Source: Vulcanimicrobiota bacterium
Lineage (GTDB): Bacteria > Vulcanimicrobiota > Vulcanimicrobiia > Vulcanimicrobiales > Vulcanimicrobiaceae
Reading direction: 5' to 3'
NCBI GenBank assembly: GCA_963714015.1
Contig: OY970223.1
Coordinates: 1,760,001-1,824,000 of the forward strand
Length of the DNA: 64,000 nt
The translations under genes and the position numbers were made by a program. Below are positions 1 through 10,530 of this stretch, in pieces. The notes beneath the pieces are model-generated. The model saw nothing but the letters and a program-made list of their open reading frames with translations. It was not told where the DNA came from and made no database searches. Every line of letters begins with the position of its first letter. Position 1 is the stretch's first letter.

Positions 1-585
1 GTGCGGGAGTTTCCTTATGCCACCGGACCGGCGTATTCGGAACTGCTGGATGTGGCGCAGCCGGGATGGCGTCGAAACGTTACGCCGTCCACCGACGTCG
101 CGATGCTGGCGGCTCGCGCCTACGGCTTGAATCTAAATTCCCCAACCCGAAGCGAAGCGCAAAGCATTATCGCCCGCTACGGCGGTGCCGCGATAGAATC
201 CGAAGAGGCGGGTCGCGCGGTTCGAAAGGCTGCAGAGGACAAGAAGTACGCGACTGAGTTCTTGACCGGATCGACGCTCACGCTTCCGATGATGAAATTC
301 AGCATCAAGTTCGATCCGCGCGACATCGAGCAGTTTGAGTCGCACGGATCCGTGTATCACAGTCTTGTCGTGAATTCGCCGTGGGGAACGATTACCGTAG
401 CCGGCGGCGATGCGCTGATCACGCCGGATTTCCAGCGGCTGGTGGTTCCCGCGCCGTTGTCCCCAGGCGGATCGAACCTGCGCGGAGATGGATGGAATCT
501 CCGGTTATCGCGCGGCTACAAGATCGGGCCGGACAACCAAAAGCCCGGGTCCTACACAATAGAACCTCAGCGTTCCCCGCGCTAG
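1..585 (+). CDS. Hypothetical protein, C-terminal part (probably truncated by window edge)
   Basis: Long open frame from base 1 with protein-like composition; no recognisable motif. Confidence 0.6.
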   Translation: MREFPYATGPAYSELLDVAQPGWRRNVTPSTDVAMLAARAYGLNLNSPTRSEAQSIIARYGGAAIESEEAGRAVRKAAEDKKYATEFLTGSTLTLPMMKFSIKFDPRDIEQFESHGSVYHSLVVNSPWGTITVAGGDALITPDFQRLVVPAPLSPGGSNLRGDGWNLRLSRGYKIGPDNQKPGSYTIEPQRSPR

Positions 586-615
586 GATTTCTCGAGCCGT
601 CGACGGCAAAGCCGG

Positions 616-3180
616 CTATTCATACCGAAGGGCAACAGCCGGATCGACGCGAGCGGCGCGTAGTGCCGGAACCAACGCCGCAACGACCGCGCAGGCGGTT
701 ATTAGCAAGAGTGCCGCTCCATAGGTGGGAAGGTCCGTGGCCGACGTTCGAAAGAGCAGCGTAGCAATGACGCGTGCAGAGAGCGCGGTCAACACGAGGC
801 CGATGGCGGCCCCAATAACTGTCGCCACGAGCGCCTGGCGGAGCACGCCGCGCACGATGTCGACGTTTTGCGCGCCGAGCGCCCTGCGTATGCCGAACTC
901 TTGCATGCGCTGCTCGGTTGCGTACGCGCTGACTGCGTAGGTGCCGGCCAACGCGAGGACGAGCGCGACGATCGCCAATAGCCCGAAAATTTGCACGTAC
1001 GCCTCAGCCGATAAAGCATCTTCATGAAAAAGCGCGCTGTAAGGCGTAACGATCGGCGATGCCAACTGCGGATCGACCCTCGCAAAGATACGGTCTATTT
1101 GCTGAGCGAGATCGATCCTCGAGCCGTTGGTTCGCACGATGAAATGCCCAAAGTTTTCATTCTGAGCCAGCGGAAAGTAGGTGTCGGCGGTATAGTCCGC
1201 CGTGAAACTGCTGCGCGAGTCCGCGACGACGCCGACCACGGTCAAGTCCGGAAATCCGCCTCGATGCACACCGCACCACATTCCGCAATTTCCGGGCTGA
1301 ATGAGCCTACCGACGATATTTGCGGTTCCGAAGAACTGCCGCGCGAAATGCCGGTCGACGATCGCGACGGGGCGGCCGCGCAAATTGTCTGCGCCGGAGA
1401 AATCCCGTCCGTAGAGTAACGGCATCCGCATCGTTGAGAAGTACCCGGGACTGACTACGTTAATATTTGTAGATGCATGGGGATCGGGCCTACCGGGCAG
1501 ATGCAAACCGGTCCAGTTCTCTCCCGCATCGTCGAATGGAAGCGTCCACGCCACAGCAGAGCCGGTAACGCCGGTTATTTCGGCAATGCTCTGCAAGATC
1601 CGATCGCCGAATTGCATGGGTTTCGCCGGGTCACTGTAGTAGGATGCGGGCAAACCGTTGAAGTTTACGTCGTAAAGATTCGTGCCGTCGAAGCCGACGC
1701 TTCGGTGAGTCATTCCCGTGAAGCTGCGCAATAGCAAACCCCCTGTCACGACCAGGGCCAGCGCGAGCGCGATTTCCCCAATCAGCAAGCCCCAGCGCAG
1801 GCCGGACCCAAAACCGCTGTGTCTGCCCTGTACGGTACGGAGCGCGGCTGCCGTGTCGCGCCGTTGAACGAACGCCGGCAGCACGGCCGATACGACCGTT
1901 GTGAACAGGGCGATGCCCAGCGCGTAGCACGCGATATTCCAATCGACCGAGACATTGTCCCAACGCGGCAGCGTTTGGGCTCCCCATCGCGCAAACCAGT
2001 ACAGCGTCGCGGTTCCCAAGGCCAGTCCGAGAAGCGCCGAAACGAGTGCGATCAGCAGCGTTTCGAAACTGAGTTCGATCGCAATGCGCCGAGCCGATCC
2101 GCCTATCGCCGAGCGCACGTATAACTCGCTCGAACGCGCGGACGAACGCATTACGTTGAGATTCGTCACGTTTGCGCACGCGATTAGCAAAACGACGGCA
2201 ACGCCGGCATAGAGTATCCACAATAGCGTCCCGGTTCTCGAGAAGAGCGCTGCGGCAATCGGCTCGACGTTTGCGCCCGAAAACCGGCCGTGATTCACGG
2301 GGTACGACTGTGTTTGACGTCTGACGATGCGGGAGAGGTCTGCGCGTGCCTGCGCATATGCAATGCCCGGCCTTAGACGAGCCACAGCCGCGTAGATGTA
2401 ATCACCGCGCCCATTCATGTTGGTGTTGTGCGGATCGAGCGGTATCCAAACGTCCGTCGCACTCATTGACGGATCGCGAAATTCAGGTTGTACGATCCCT
2501 ATGATCGTGTAATTCGTTCCGTCCAGCCGCAAGGTTCGCCCCAGCGGGAAGGCCCTTTTGCCGAAAACGCGGTCTGAAAAGGCAGGGGAGATCACCGCAA
2601 CGTGTTTTGCCAAATCCGATTTGAAGATGAGCCGGCCTAAGATGGCTTGCGCACCGAGCACGGAGAAATAGTCGCCGTTGATTGTCCGGACGTTGATTCC
2701 GGCCGGTCGTCCGAGCCCGGTCAGCGTTGACGTATTGTCGTTTGCCAGGGCTATGCCGGCCAATGTTTTACTTTGCGCCAAGATATCGACTGCTTCCGGA
2801 TACGACAGGCTCGTATCGGAAGGCGTCTCGCCGACCGAAACGAGGCGCGAAGCATTCGGAAACGGCAGCGGATCGAGCAGCACGCCTTTGAGCACACTTC
2901 CCACAGCGACGTTTGCACCGATGGCCAGCGTCAACGCAACCATGACCGTCAGCGCATAGATCGGCGAACGCGCGAGCGAACGAAGCGCCCGTCGAATGTT
3001 GCGGAAGAGATCTTCGACCCGCATGCCCAATCCGGCGAAAAGCGCATCCGCCGCGGCGTGCACGGGATCGTTTTTCGCATCTTCGTAAATCTCGCGCGCG
3101 TAATGCCGGCGAAATTCAGCGGGTGAGAGCAGCAGCGCCAAACGAACGAGCGGGTGCGGTTTGCCCGAAATTCCGTTCAT
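616..3180 (-). CDS. ADOP-type duplicated ABC permease (MacB-periplasmic/FtsX repeats)
   Basis: 854 aa; LLIACANVTNL and EFGIRRALGA motifs; ends RVDPAVALRYE; coupled to a PadR gene. Confidence 0.9.
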   Translation of the reverse strand: MNGISGKPHPLVRLALLLSPAEFRRHYAREIYEDAKNDPVHAAADALFAGLGMRVEDLFRNIRRALRSLARSPIYALTVMVALTLAIGANVAVGSVLKGVLLDPLPFPNASRLVSVGETPSDTSLSYPEAVDILAQSKTLAGIALANDNTSTLTGLGRPAGINVRTINGDYFSVLGAQAILGRLIFKSDLAKHVAVISPAFSDRVFGKRAFPLGRTLRLDGTNYTIIGIVQPEFRDPSMSATDVWIPLDPHNTNMNGRGDYIYAAVARLRPGIAYAQARADLSRIVRRQTQSYPVNHGRFSGANVEPIAAALFSRTGTLLWILYAGVAVVLLIACANVTNLNVMRSSARSSELYVRSAIGGSARRIAIELSFETLLIALVSALLGLALGTATLYWFARWGAQTLPRWDNVSVDWNIACYALGIALFTTVVSAVLPAFVQRRDTAAALRTVQGRHSGFGSGLRWGLLIGEIALALALVVTGGLLLRSFTGMTHRSVGFDGTNLYDVNFNGLPASYYSDPAKPMQFGDRILQSIAEITGVTGSAVAWTLPFDDAGENWTGLHLPGRPDPHASTNINVVSPGYFSTMRMPLLYGRDFSGADNLRGRPVAIVDRHFARQFFGTANIVGRLIQPGNCGMWCGVHRGGFPDLTVVGVVADSRSSFTADYTADTYFPLAQNENFGHFIVRTNGSRIDLAQQIDRIFARVDPQLASPIVTPYSALFHEDALSAEAYVQIFGLLAIVALVLALAGTYAVSAYATEQRMQEFGIRRALGAQNVDIVRGVLRQALVATVIGAAIGLVLTALSARVIATLLFRTSATDLPTYGAALLLITACAVVAALVPALRAARVDPAVALRYE

Positions 3181-3533
3181 AACGTCACGCTCGCGGGGAG
3201 CAGTTTACGCGCCTTGGCTAGGCGCAGGGACTGCGCCAAACGTAAGGCTTCAGCTTGGGCAATGCGGCGTCCCCATGGCGTAAGCCGATACGCGCGCCGG
3301 CGCGGATCGTCCGGATCCACGCCGGCGGTTTCTTCGATCCATCCGTCGGCGTCCATCTGACGCAAATATCGATAGAGGCTTGTCGGGCCAAGACGCACGA
3401 GGCCGCCGGTGCTCTGTTCGACCTCTTTACTGATACTGTAGCCGTGCCGTTCGCCCTCGGCCAGCGATAGCAAAATGTGAAAGACACCGCTGCTCAACGG
3501 AAGCGACGCAGCGGGATCGCGGCGGCTTTGCAT
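3177..3533 (-). CDS. PadR-family transcriptional regulator
   Basis: HILLSLAEGERHGYSI and RRRAYRLTPWGR winged-helix signatures; stop overlaps permease start. Confidence 0.9.
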   Translation of the reverse strand: MQSRRDPAASLPLSSGVFHILLSLAEGERHGYSISKEVEQSTGGLVRLGPTSLYRYLRQMDADGWIEETAGVDPDDPRRRAYRLTPWGRRIAQAEALRLAQSLRLAKARKLLPASVTL

Positions 3534-3669
3534 CCCGAAACCCTCTTTTCGAATCGACTATAGCCAAGTTGGTACTATTCGTCAAGATGTCTCGCCGCCT
3601 CTTGGCGTGCGCGTTCTGCCGTGAAAGCCGGCGGGAGGAAAGATCGCTATCAGTCCGTTAGAAAGCCGT

Positions 3670-3856
3670 ATGGCGCACCTCGAGGGAGCCTACGAACAAG
3701 TCAACCACCGCCTTGCGGTTCGACTCGATGAATCGCAAAATCGATGACGTGTACCGCGCGGTGGACGGCAAAATCGATCAGCGTTTCGTCTGGACCGCCG
3801 GGCTAATGGTCAGTACTTGGCTTACGACGATTCTGGCGATATTTTTCTGCCATTAG
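3670..3856 (+). pseudogene. Frameshifted small coiled-coil protein with C-terminal membrane anchor
   Basis: MAHLEGAYEQVNHRL continues in another frame near 3716 as RFDSMNRKIDDVYRAVDGKIDQRFVWTAGLMVSTWLTTILAIFFCH*. Confidence 0.5.
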
Positions 3857-5381
3857 CAGAATTGCCGGGGGTGTCCTGAAGGCGCAGCGCGGTCACGCCG
3901 GCGGCGGCGCAGAGCAGCGCACCTAAGAGCATCGCAGCCCGAAAGCCCCGATCGAACGACTCGTCCACAAGCGCCTGAAGTTTTGCCCGGTCCGCCTTCG
4001 GCGCGTCGGGCGGTATGCGGCCGGCTACCAGAACCGCGCGCTGATGCGCAGCCATCTTTTGCGTTCCGGGCGCGAGCTGTGAAGCGTTTTGGTTGAAGTG
4101 CGTGTTGAATGCCCAAGCCAGGACGATCCCGAACAGCGCTATCGCGACCAGACCGGCGGTGCGCGAGACGGCGTTGTTGATGCCGGACGCGACGCCCGCA
4201 TGGTCGGTCGGGACGGCGTTCATCACAGTCGTGGTCAAAGGTGCAACGAACGTGACGACCCCGAGTCCCAGAATCACGACGGCGGGGAAAACCGTGCTCC
4301 AGTACGATCCGCCCGTGCCGATGCGGGCATACGCCAGGAATGCGATCGCCGTAACGAATGCGCCGGCCACGAGCGGAGGGCGCGGCCCGGTTCGTGCGAC
4401 CAGACCGCCCATGAAACGAGAAAGCGAGAAGCTGATCAGCACCATCGGCAGAAGTGCGGCTCCCGCCTCGAGCGGCGTGTAATGATGCACGTTGATCAGG
4501 AAGAACGGCACGAAGTATAGACTTCCGCCGAGCGCGGCGTAAAGCAGCAGCGTGTAGACGTTCGCGACCGTGAACTTCCGCGAGCGGAAAACACGCAGGG
4601 GCATGATCGGTTCCGCTGCGCGTTTTTCGGCAAATACGAACCAAACGAGGATCGCCGCGCCGGCAACTGCGCAGATTGACGGAACGATCGAAATGCGGCT
4701 CTGCATCTCGATGAATCCGTACACGATTCCGCCCAGTCCGGCGACTGCGAGCAGCGAACCGGTGAGATCGAGCGGACCGGTCGCCTCGGGGTCGCGCGTT
4801 TCCTGAATCTTCAGCCAAGCGACGGCAAAGACGAATGCCGCAAGCGGAACGTTGATGAAGAACACGTAACGCCACGACAGCGCCTGGGCAAACCATCCTC
4901 CGAGCAGCGGCCCTATTGCGGTGGTAATGAACGAAAATGCCGACCACGTGCCGATGGCTCGGCCGCGCGCTTCCCCTTTGTACGCAGCGCTGATCAACGC
5001 TAAACTTCCCGGCACGAGAAATGCGGCGCCCAGACCCTGCACGCAGCGAAACACGATGAGCAGCGCAATGCTCGGAGCGAATCCGCACGCGACTGAGGCC
5101 GCGGTGAACAGCACCACACCGCCGATGAACACCGAACGCCGTCCGATCTTATCGCCGAGCGCGCCGCCAAGCAGAATGAACGCCGACAGAAAAAGCGCGT
5201 AGCCTTCGACGATCCATTGCATTTGGGCCGAAGTGGCATTCAAGGTTCGTTGAATGATCGGAAGCGCGACGTTGACTGCCGTTCCATCGATCATCGCCAT
5301 GCTCGACGCAGCAATCGCCGCGACGAGCGTCCATACGGGCTTTTCAGCAGGGGTTGCCCGCTGCACGGTTGCAGACGCCAC
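3822..5381 (-). CDS. DHA2-family MFS efflux transporter
   Basis: IDGTAVNVALP and GGALGDKIGRR motifs, many TM helices; GTG at 5381 preferred over ORF-track start 5480. Confidence 0.9.
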   Translation of the reverse strand: MASATVQRATPAEKPVWTLVAAIAASSMAMIDGTAVNVALPIIQRTLNATSAQMQWIVEGYALFLSAFILLGGALGDKIGRRSVFIGGVVLFTAASVACGFAPSIALLIVFRCVQGLGAAFLVPGSLALISAAYKGEARGRAIGTWSAFSFITTAIGPLLGGWFAQALSWRYVFFINVPLAAFVFAVAWLKIQETRDPEATGPLDLTGSLLAVAGLGGIVYGFIEMQSRISIVPSICAVAGAAILVWFVFAEKRAAEPIMPLRVFRSRKFTVANVYTLLLYAALGGSLYFVPFFLINVHHYTPLEAGAALLPMVLISFSLSRFMGGLVARTGPRPPLVAGAFVTAIAFLAYARIGTGGSYWSTVFPAVVILGLGVVTFVAPLTTTVMNAVPTDHAGVASGINNAVSRTAGLVAIALFGIVLAWAFNTHFNQNASQLAPGTQKMAAHQRAVLVAGRIPPDAPKADRAKLQALVDESFDRGFRAAMLLGALLCAAAGVTALRLQDTPGNSANGRKISPESS

Positions 5382-5470
5382 GGGACGTTCATAATGCCAC
5401 ACACGGCCGGTTCGGGCAAGGGTAACGCCGGTGCAGGTTTTGGCCGCTTCCCCGGCGCTCTTATAGCGCC

Positions 5471-6961
5471 ATGGAAGCAAAGCGGCCGCGACTTCTCAAT
5501 GACTACGTCATCTGCGGGGGGTTGACTGCAGCCTCGTTCGTTCTGCTCTTCATCAATTATTGGTTCCCGCCGGGCAAGATTTTCGACGAGGTCTATTTTC
5601 CGCGCGCGGCCGAGGAATATCTCACGCGTCAATATATCTACGAGAACACGCATCCGCCGGTCACGAAACTCCTGATCACGCTCTCCGTGATGCTGTTCGG
5701 CGGAATGCACGGCGGGGACACGTCATGGGGCTGGCGATTCCTGGACGTCGTATTCGGCGCCCTCGCCGTGGGTTTGCTCTACGTTCTCGCGCGCGCGATT
5801 ACCGGATCGCGGCTGTTCGGCGCGTACGCCGCCGGACTCTTCGCGCTCGACGGCATGCACTTCGTTCAGTCGCGGATCTCCACGCCGGAAAGCTTCGTCG
5901 TCTGCTTTTCACTGGCCACCGTTTACGCGCTTTACCGGCTGTGGATGGCGGCGCTGGAAGAACCGGCACCCCCGTCCATTAGTATCGCAAAACGAAGTAC
6001 AGCGGCGGCCGCGTGTGCAGCCGTCGCCGCTGCGGCGGTGTTCCTTCGTTTTCCACATGAAATAATCGCCGCGCAAGCAGTCGCCGGCATCACGATTCTG
6101 GCCGGTCTTTACGCCGCGTACCGAATCTACGCGGAGCCCGCAATTCTGCGAACGGCTTCGTTCCGCTGGCTGATCGCCTGGTCCGTAGCGATTGCTCTTC
6201 TCGTGAGCAGCAAATGGTACGGCGTGATGGCGTTCGGCGTGGCGCTTGTCGTAATCGGGTGGGAACGGCGCCGTTTTCGGGTCGATTTGGTCGCAAGCAC
6301 GGTCGTGTTCATAACGGCGGTAATCTATCTGGCCTCGTATACGCCGCAGTTCATCGGTTTGAGGGACCTTCCGAACGAGGCGCCGCGCGCTTATACCCTT
6401 AGCGACGTCGTCACGATGCAATACAACGCGTACGAATATCACAGCCACTTGACTGCAACGCATCCGTACGCCTCGAAGTGGTGGCAGTGGCCGCTGGATC
6501 TGCGGCCGATTCTGTACTATGCGGACTACGGAACCAGCGGAAAGACCTCGACGGCGGCGCTGATCTACACGCTGCCCAATCCAATCATTTTGTGGTTCGG
6601 TCTGCTGACGGTGCCGCTAGCCGCCTATTGGGGCGTTCGCGAAAAGAACAAGCCGTATCTGCTGATCGCGATCACCTATTTGGCGCAGTGGCTGCCGTGG
6701 ATGGGATCGCCTCGGATCGCGTTTGCGTATCATTTTTACGTCGATATTCCGCTGATCTGCTTGTGTACCGCGATATGCTTTCAACGCGCGATAGCGTGGA
6801 CGCGCGCTAAGCCGCAGTACGAACGGCTTGCCGAAGGCGTATCGGCGGCGTACTTTGCGGCTACTGCGCTGGCCTTTGCGTACTTCTATCCGATTCTTGC
6901 GGGCGTCACGATCTCGACCGCTGCATGGATGCAGCGAATGTGGCTCAAATCCTGGATATAA
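5471..6961 (+). CDS. GT39/PMT-like dolichyl-phosphate-mannose protein mannosyltransferase family
   Basis: FDEVYF, THPPVTKL, SSKWYG and HPYASKWWQWP motifs; multiple TM helices. Confidence 0.85.
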   Translation: MEAKRPRLLNDYVICGGLTAASFVLLFINYWFPPGKIFDEVYFPRAAEEYLTRQYIYENTHPPVTKLLITLSVMLFGGMHGGDTSWGWRFLDVVFGALAVGLLYVLARAITGSRLFGAYAAGLFALDGMHFVQSRISTPESFVVCFSLATVYALYRLWMAALEEPAPPSISIAKRSTAAAACAAVAAAAVFLRFPHEIIAAQAVAGITILAGLYAAYRIYAEPAILRTASFRWLIAWSVAIALLVSSKWYGVMAFGVALVVIGWERRRFRVDLVASTVVFITAVIYLASYTPQFIGLRDLPNEAPRAYTLSDVVTMQYNAYEYHSHLTATHPYASKWWQWPLDLRPILYYADYGTSGKTSTAALIYTLPNPIILWFGLLTVPLAAYWGVREKNKPYLLIAITYLAQWLPWMGSPRIAFAYHFYVDIPLICLCTAICFQRAIAWTRAKPQYERLAEGVSAAYFAATALAFAYFYPILAGVTISTAAWMQRMWLKSWI

Positions 6962-6970
6962 GGAACCCTC

Positions 6971-7552
6971 ATGGCCAAGTTGTACTTTCGTTATTCTGCA
7001 ATGAACGCCGGAAAATCGACGGCGTTGCTGCAAGTCGCGCACAACTACGAAGAACATGGGCGGAAGGTCCGCATATTCACCGCGGCAATCGATCACCGGC
7101 ATGGCGTCGGCTTCATCACTTCCCGGTTGGGCCCTCGCCGCAGCGTCGAAACCTTCGATGCGCAGACCGATTTCGTGGCGGTTTTGGGACGCGACCGTTC
7201 GACGTCCTGCGTCCTACTCGATGAAGCGCAGTTTCTTTTACCCGAGCAGGTGCGCGGATTGCATCAGGTCGCGCACGTTCTGGACATTCCGGTCATCTGC
7301 TATGGAATCCGCAGCGATTTTCGGGGCGAACCGTTTCCAGGTTCGGCCTATTTATTGACGCTCGCCGACAGCCTGGAAGAAATCAAGAACATCTGCGCGT
7401 GCGGACGCAAAGCGACGATGAACCCACGAATCGACGAACGCGGTAATGTCGTATTGAGCGGCGAGCAGATCGCCATCGAAGGAGAAGTGCGTTACCAGCC
7501 GATGTGCGCGAAGTGCTTTTACGCGGCGCGCTCGATAGCGCCCGGTCCGTAG
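6971..7552 (+). CDS. tdk: Thymidine kinase
   Basis: YSAMNAGKST P-loop, LDEAQF, and CxCG..CxxC zinc motif. Confidence 0.95.
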   Translation: MAKLYFRYSAMNAGKSTALLQVAHNYEEHGRKVRIFTAAIDHRHGVGFITSRLGPRRSVETFDAQTDFVAVLGRDRSTSCVLLDEAQFLLPEQVRGLHQVAHVLDIPVICYGIRSDFRGEPFPGSAYLLTLADSLEEIKNICACGRKATMNPRIDERGNVVLSGEQIAIEGEVRYQPMCAKCFYAARSIAPGP

Positions 7553-8729
7553 ATCGTTCCGGGCACGCGTCCGGCACCGGTGATGTGCAGCACGACCTGC
7601 GCGCACCGTGAAATCGCTTCCGAATCAAGTGCCGACATCAGGCCCGCGAGAGCAACTGCGGACGCGGGTTCCAGCGAGATGCCTTCGAGCGACCGAAAAA
7701 GATCGCCGGCGCGTCCCGCTTCTTTATTGTCGGCGACGCGCACGTCGCCGCCCGATTCATAGAGCGCATCGTACAGTCCGCCGGTTATCGCATAGGGCGG
7801 CGCCTGCGTGCTGAGCACCGGGGCCGATAGCGAACGAATGCGCATGGCCCGTTCGTCCTCGGCATACGCAATCAGTTCCCGGCTGCCCCGCGACCACGAT
7901 TCATAAACGGGGGCAGATGGTGCGTTCTGCACCAAAACCAGTTTGGGCAGTTCCGAGCCGAAGCGCCCGTCCGCTCGCACTCGCAGCGCCGCCTCGTGAG
8001 CGGCGATTGCGCCGCCGCCGCTGCCGATCGCCTGAACGAAATATTGGGGAATGGCGCCCAATCGTTCAACCGCGGCAAGCATCGTAGTGCCGATTCCGTC
8101 GCGGCGCGCGACGTTCGTGGCGCCTCCCTCGTAGACGTACCGATCGTCCGAAGCGGCGAGTGCCTTGGCGTATGCGATTGCATCGTCGTACGAAGCTTCC
8201 CCGGCACGGCGATGATTCGCACGCAAGTCGAAAGCGGCGCCCGAAAGCGCAGTTTCGCCAAAGCCTTCTCCGGAATGACGACGATAGCCGGAACGTTATA
8301 TGCGCTTGCTCCCGCGGCTAGGGCCGCGGCGGTATTGCCGGCTGAAGCGCTGACGAGCACTCGCCCCGGCGAACGAAAGCGCGCGAGAACGGAAGCAGTC
8401 TCCAGATCTTTGAACGTCCCGGTCGGCATGAGCGCTCCGCGCGCCGGCCAGAAGCCGTTAAACGCCAGCCAGAGATCGGGTGTCCCGAGCGCTTCGTTCA
8501 AAGCGCTGCTTTGAAATATGGCCGTTGCAGGGCACGCATTAGTCAGCGGGGAGCGCAGAGGAAGCCAGCGATGGTACCGCATCATGCCCGGTTGCGCGTG
8601 GTCCGGCGAGAACTGCCGCACGGGATAGACCGTGCGGAGCAAGGCGGGAGGGTGTTCGACCTCGCAGCGCACCATCAGGCCGTCGTCTGCGTATTGCGCG
8701 CCGCAGCCCAGACATTGAAGGCGGTACAT
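7519..8729 (-). CDS. Cysteate synthase-like PLP enzyme (threonine synthase family), frameshifted near 8200
   Basis: N-part: CxxC, WLAFNGFWPARGA, TGTFKDLE, SASAGNTA. C-part in second frame: EGGATNVARRDG, YFVQAIGSGGGAIA, LHITG. Confidence 0.7.
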
Positions 8730-8860
8730 CTCTATTTGCGTTCGGCCGGAATGCGGGTCGAGTTAACCAGGAACCGGGAATGTAAAAGTCCGGCAAAACG
8801 GACCGGCCCTGGTTAGCCGATGCCTGTTTCACGGTATGGGGTAAGCGAGGTGGTCGGGAA

Positions 8861-9331
8861 ATGGGCAATTCCATTCAGCAAGTGCGCGCCTACGTCGCGC
8901 AGGCTCTGCAGACGACGCGCACCATGCTCGTTCCGCTGGTTGCGCATCTGCGGGTCTCGGGCGCCGACCATGGATCGCAGGCGCGATGGGTCTTGGAACG
9001 TCTGCTCCGGACCCTCAACGCCCATGTCGACGAAATGACGGAACACCTGCGCCGACTGGGCGAGTCCGAGTCAGCCTCGCTTCGGCCGCAGCCCAATTCT
9101 CGGCGCGAGCCGGCATCGACGATCACCGTGCTGCGCGAGGCGTATGCCGAGCTTAGTTTGGCGCACGCCGAATCGCTGATGCTCGAGACCAACGCGCGCG
9201 CATTAGGGTTTTCCTCCACGGCCGCGCTCGCGGGAAGGCATCGCGAAGAGCTCTCGACGATGCTGGCGCGAGTTCGCGAAGTGCTGCCCAGCGCCGTGAA
9301 GGGCGAGATCGAAAAAGAACCGATCTCTTGA
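8861..9331 (+). CDS. Hypothetical helical protein, possibly ferritin-like fold
   Basis: 156 aa helical ORF with a GAGG RBS; overlaps the DUF72 start. Confidence 0.55.
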   Translation: MGNSIQQVRAYVAQALQTTRTMLVPLVAHLRVSGADHGSQARWVLERLLRTLNAHVDEMTEHLRRLGESESASLRPQPNSRREPASTITVLREAYAELSLAHAESLMLETNARALGFSSTAALAGRHREELSTMLARVREVLPSAVKGEIEKEPIS

Positions 9332-10068
9332 TCCGGATCGGCACGAGCGGCTGGGTGTACGCGGGGTGGCGGGGCCGCTTTTATCCCAAAGGTCTCCCAC
9401 AGCGAAAATGGCTGGAATACTACGCCGGGATCTTTGACACCGTCGAGCTCAACGCGACGACCTACCGCCTTCCAAAAGAATCGCAAGTGAGAACGTGGTG
9501 TGAAACGGTGCCGCCGCAATTCGTCTATACCGTCAAACTCAGCCGCCTCATCACTCACCGGAAAGCGCTCGCGCCGCGCGTCGACGAGTTTATCGAGAAT
9601 TACATGCAGCGGGCCGCCTGTTTCGAAGCGGATAAGGTCGCGCAGATCCTCGTGCAATTTCCACCGTACTTGCAGCGCGACGACGATCATTTGCGCGCCT
9701 TCTTGCACAAGCTCCCGCAACGTCACCGGTATGTGGTCGAATTCCGTCATCCTTCGTGGTTCGTTCCGGCGGTCGAAGCGCTGCTGCGCGAGCGCGGAAT
9801 GGCGTTTTGCATTCACGACTATCCCGGAATCCGCACGCGTGACGTCGTAACCACTCCGGATCTTGCGTACTTGCGTCTCCACGGCTACGAGGGGCTGTAT
9901 GTGGGATCGTATCCTCCGCGCTCGCTGCAGCATTGGGCCCGACGCATTCGCTCGCTAGCAGAGCAGGCGAGGGACGTCTTCGTTTATTTCAACAACGATA
10001 CCGCGGCTGCGGCGCCTCATGACGCGCGGTATTTGAGAAATGTCATGCAAGAAGTGTTTCGGCAGTGA
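9328..10068 (+). CDS. DUF72 domain protein
   Basis: IRIGTSGW, TVELNATTYR, EFRHPSW, YLRLHG and YFNND motifs. Confidence 0.92.
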   Translation: MIRIGTSGWVYAGWRGRFYPKGLPQRKWLEYYAGIFDTVELNATTYRLPKESQVRTWCETVPPQFVYTVKLSRLITHRKALAPRVDEFIENYMQRAACFEADKVAQILVQFPPYLQRDDDHLRAFLHKLPQRHRYVVEFRHPSWFVPAVEALLRERGMAFCIHDYPGIRTRDVVTTPDLAYLRLHGYEGLYVGSYPPRSLQHWARRIRSLAEQARDVFVYFNNDTAAAAPHDARYLRNVMQEVFRQ

Positions 10069-10110
10069 CAATACTGATTAGTATTTATATCCTCGGGAAC
10101 CTGAGTCCCA

Positions 10111-10524
10111 ATGGCCCTGGCAAGACACCCCTGGTATTTCGAGACCGACACAGCACGGGATGCGCTTGCCGGGCGACCGCTGCTGGAACGCTATCTTTCG
10201 GACCACTGTGAAAAGGGCGGCGATTTCTTTGCCGCATCGATCGTCTACGGCGAGCTGATCTCAAACGTCGTCAAGCATGCGCCATCGGGCGGCGTTCGCA
10301 TTTGGCTCGAACGCGTCGGCGGCCGCTATGCGCTCTGTATGAACGATCCCGGCAAAGGATTCAACGAACGCGATCTGCATCGCGAGCTCGACGTACGGGC
10401 GGAGTCGGGCCGGGGCCTGTTCATCGTCAAGCAGGTTTGCGAACGGCTCACGTTCCGAAGATCGGGCAGCAAGGGCTTTACCGTGCGCGCAGTGCTCCCG
10501 CTGTGGTGCCGCGGAAATCCATAG
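10111..10524 (+). CDS. HATPase_c anti-sigma-factor-like ATP-binding protein
   Basis: ELISNVVKHA (N box), DPGKGF (G1), ESGRGLFIV (G2). Confidence 0.85.
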   Translation: MALARHPWYFETDTARDALAGRPLLERYLSDHCEKGGDFFAASIVYGELISNVVKHAPSGGVRIWLERVGGRYALCMNDPGKGFNERDLHRELDVRAESGRGLFIVKQVCERLTFRRSGSKGFTVRAVLPLWCRGNP

Positions 10525-10530
10525 CAGCTT

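Noticed and set aside
8815..8850. SigB/SigF-type GGGTA -10 elements (also near 32532, 35273, 45352)
   Set aside because: No consistent GTTT -35 at a fixed spacing could be found, so support is too weak.
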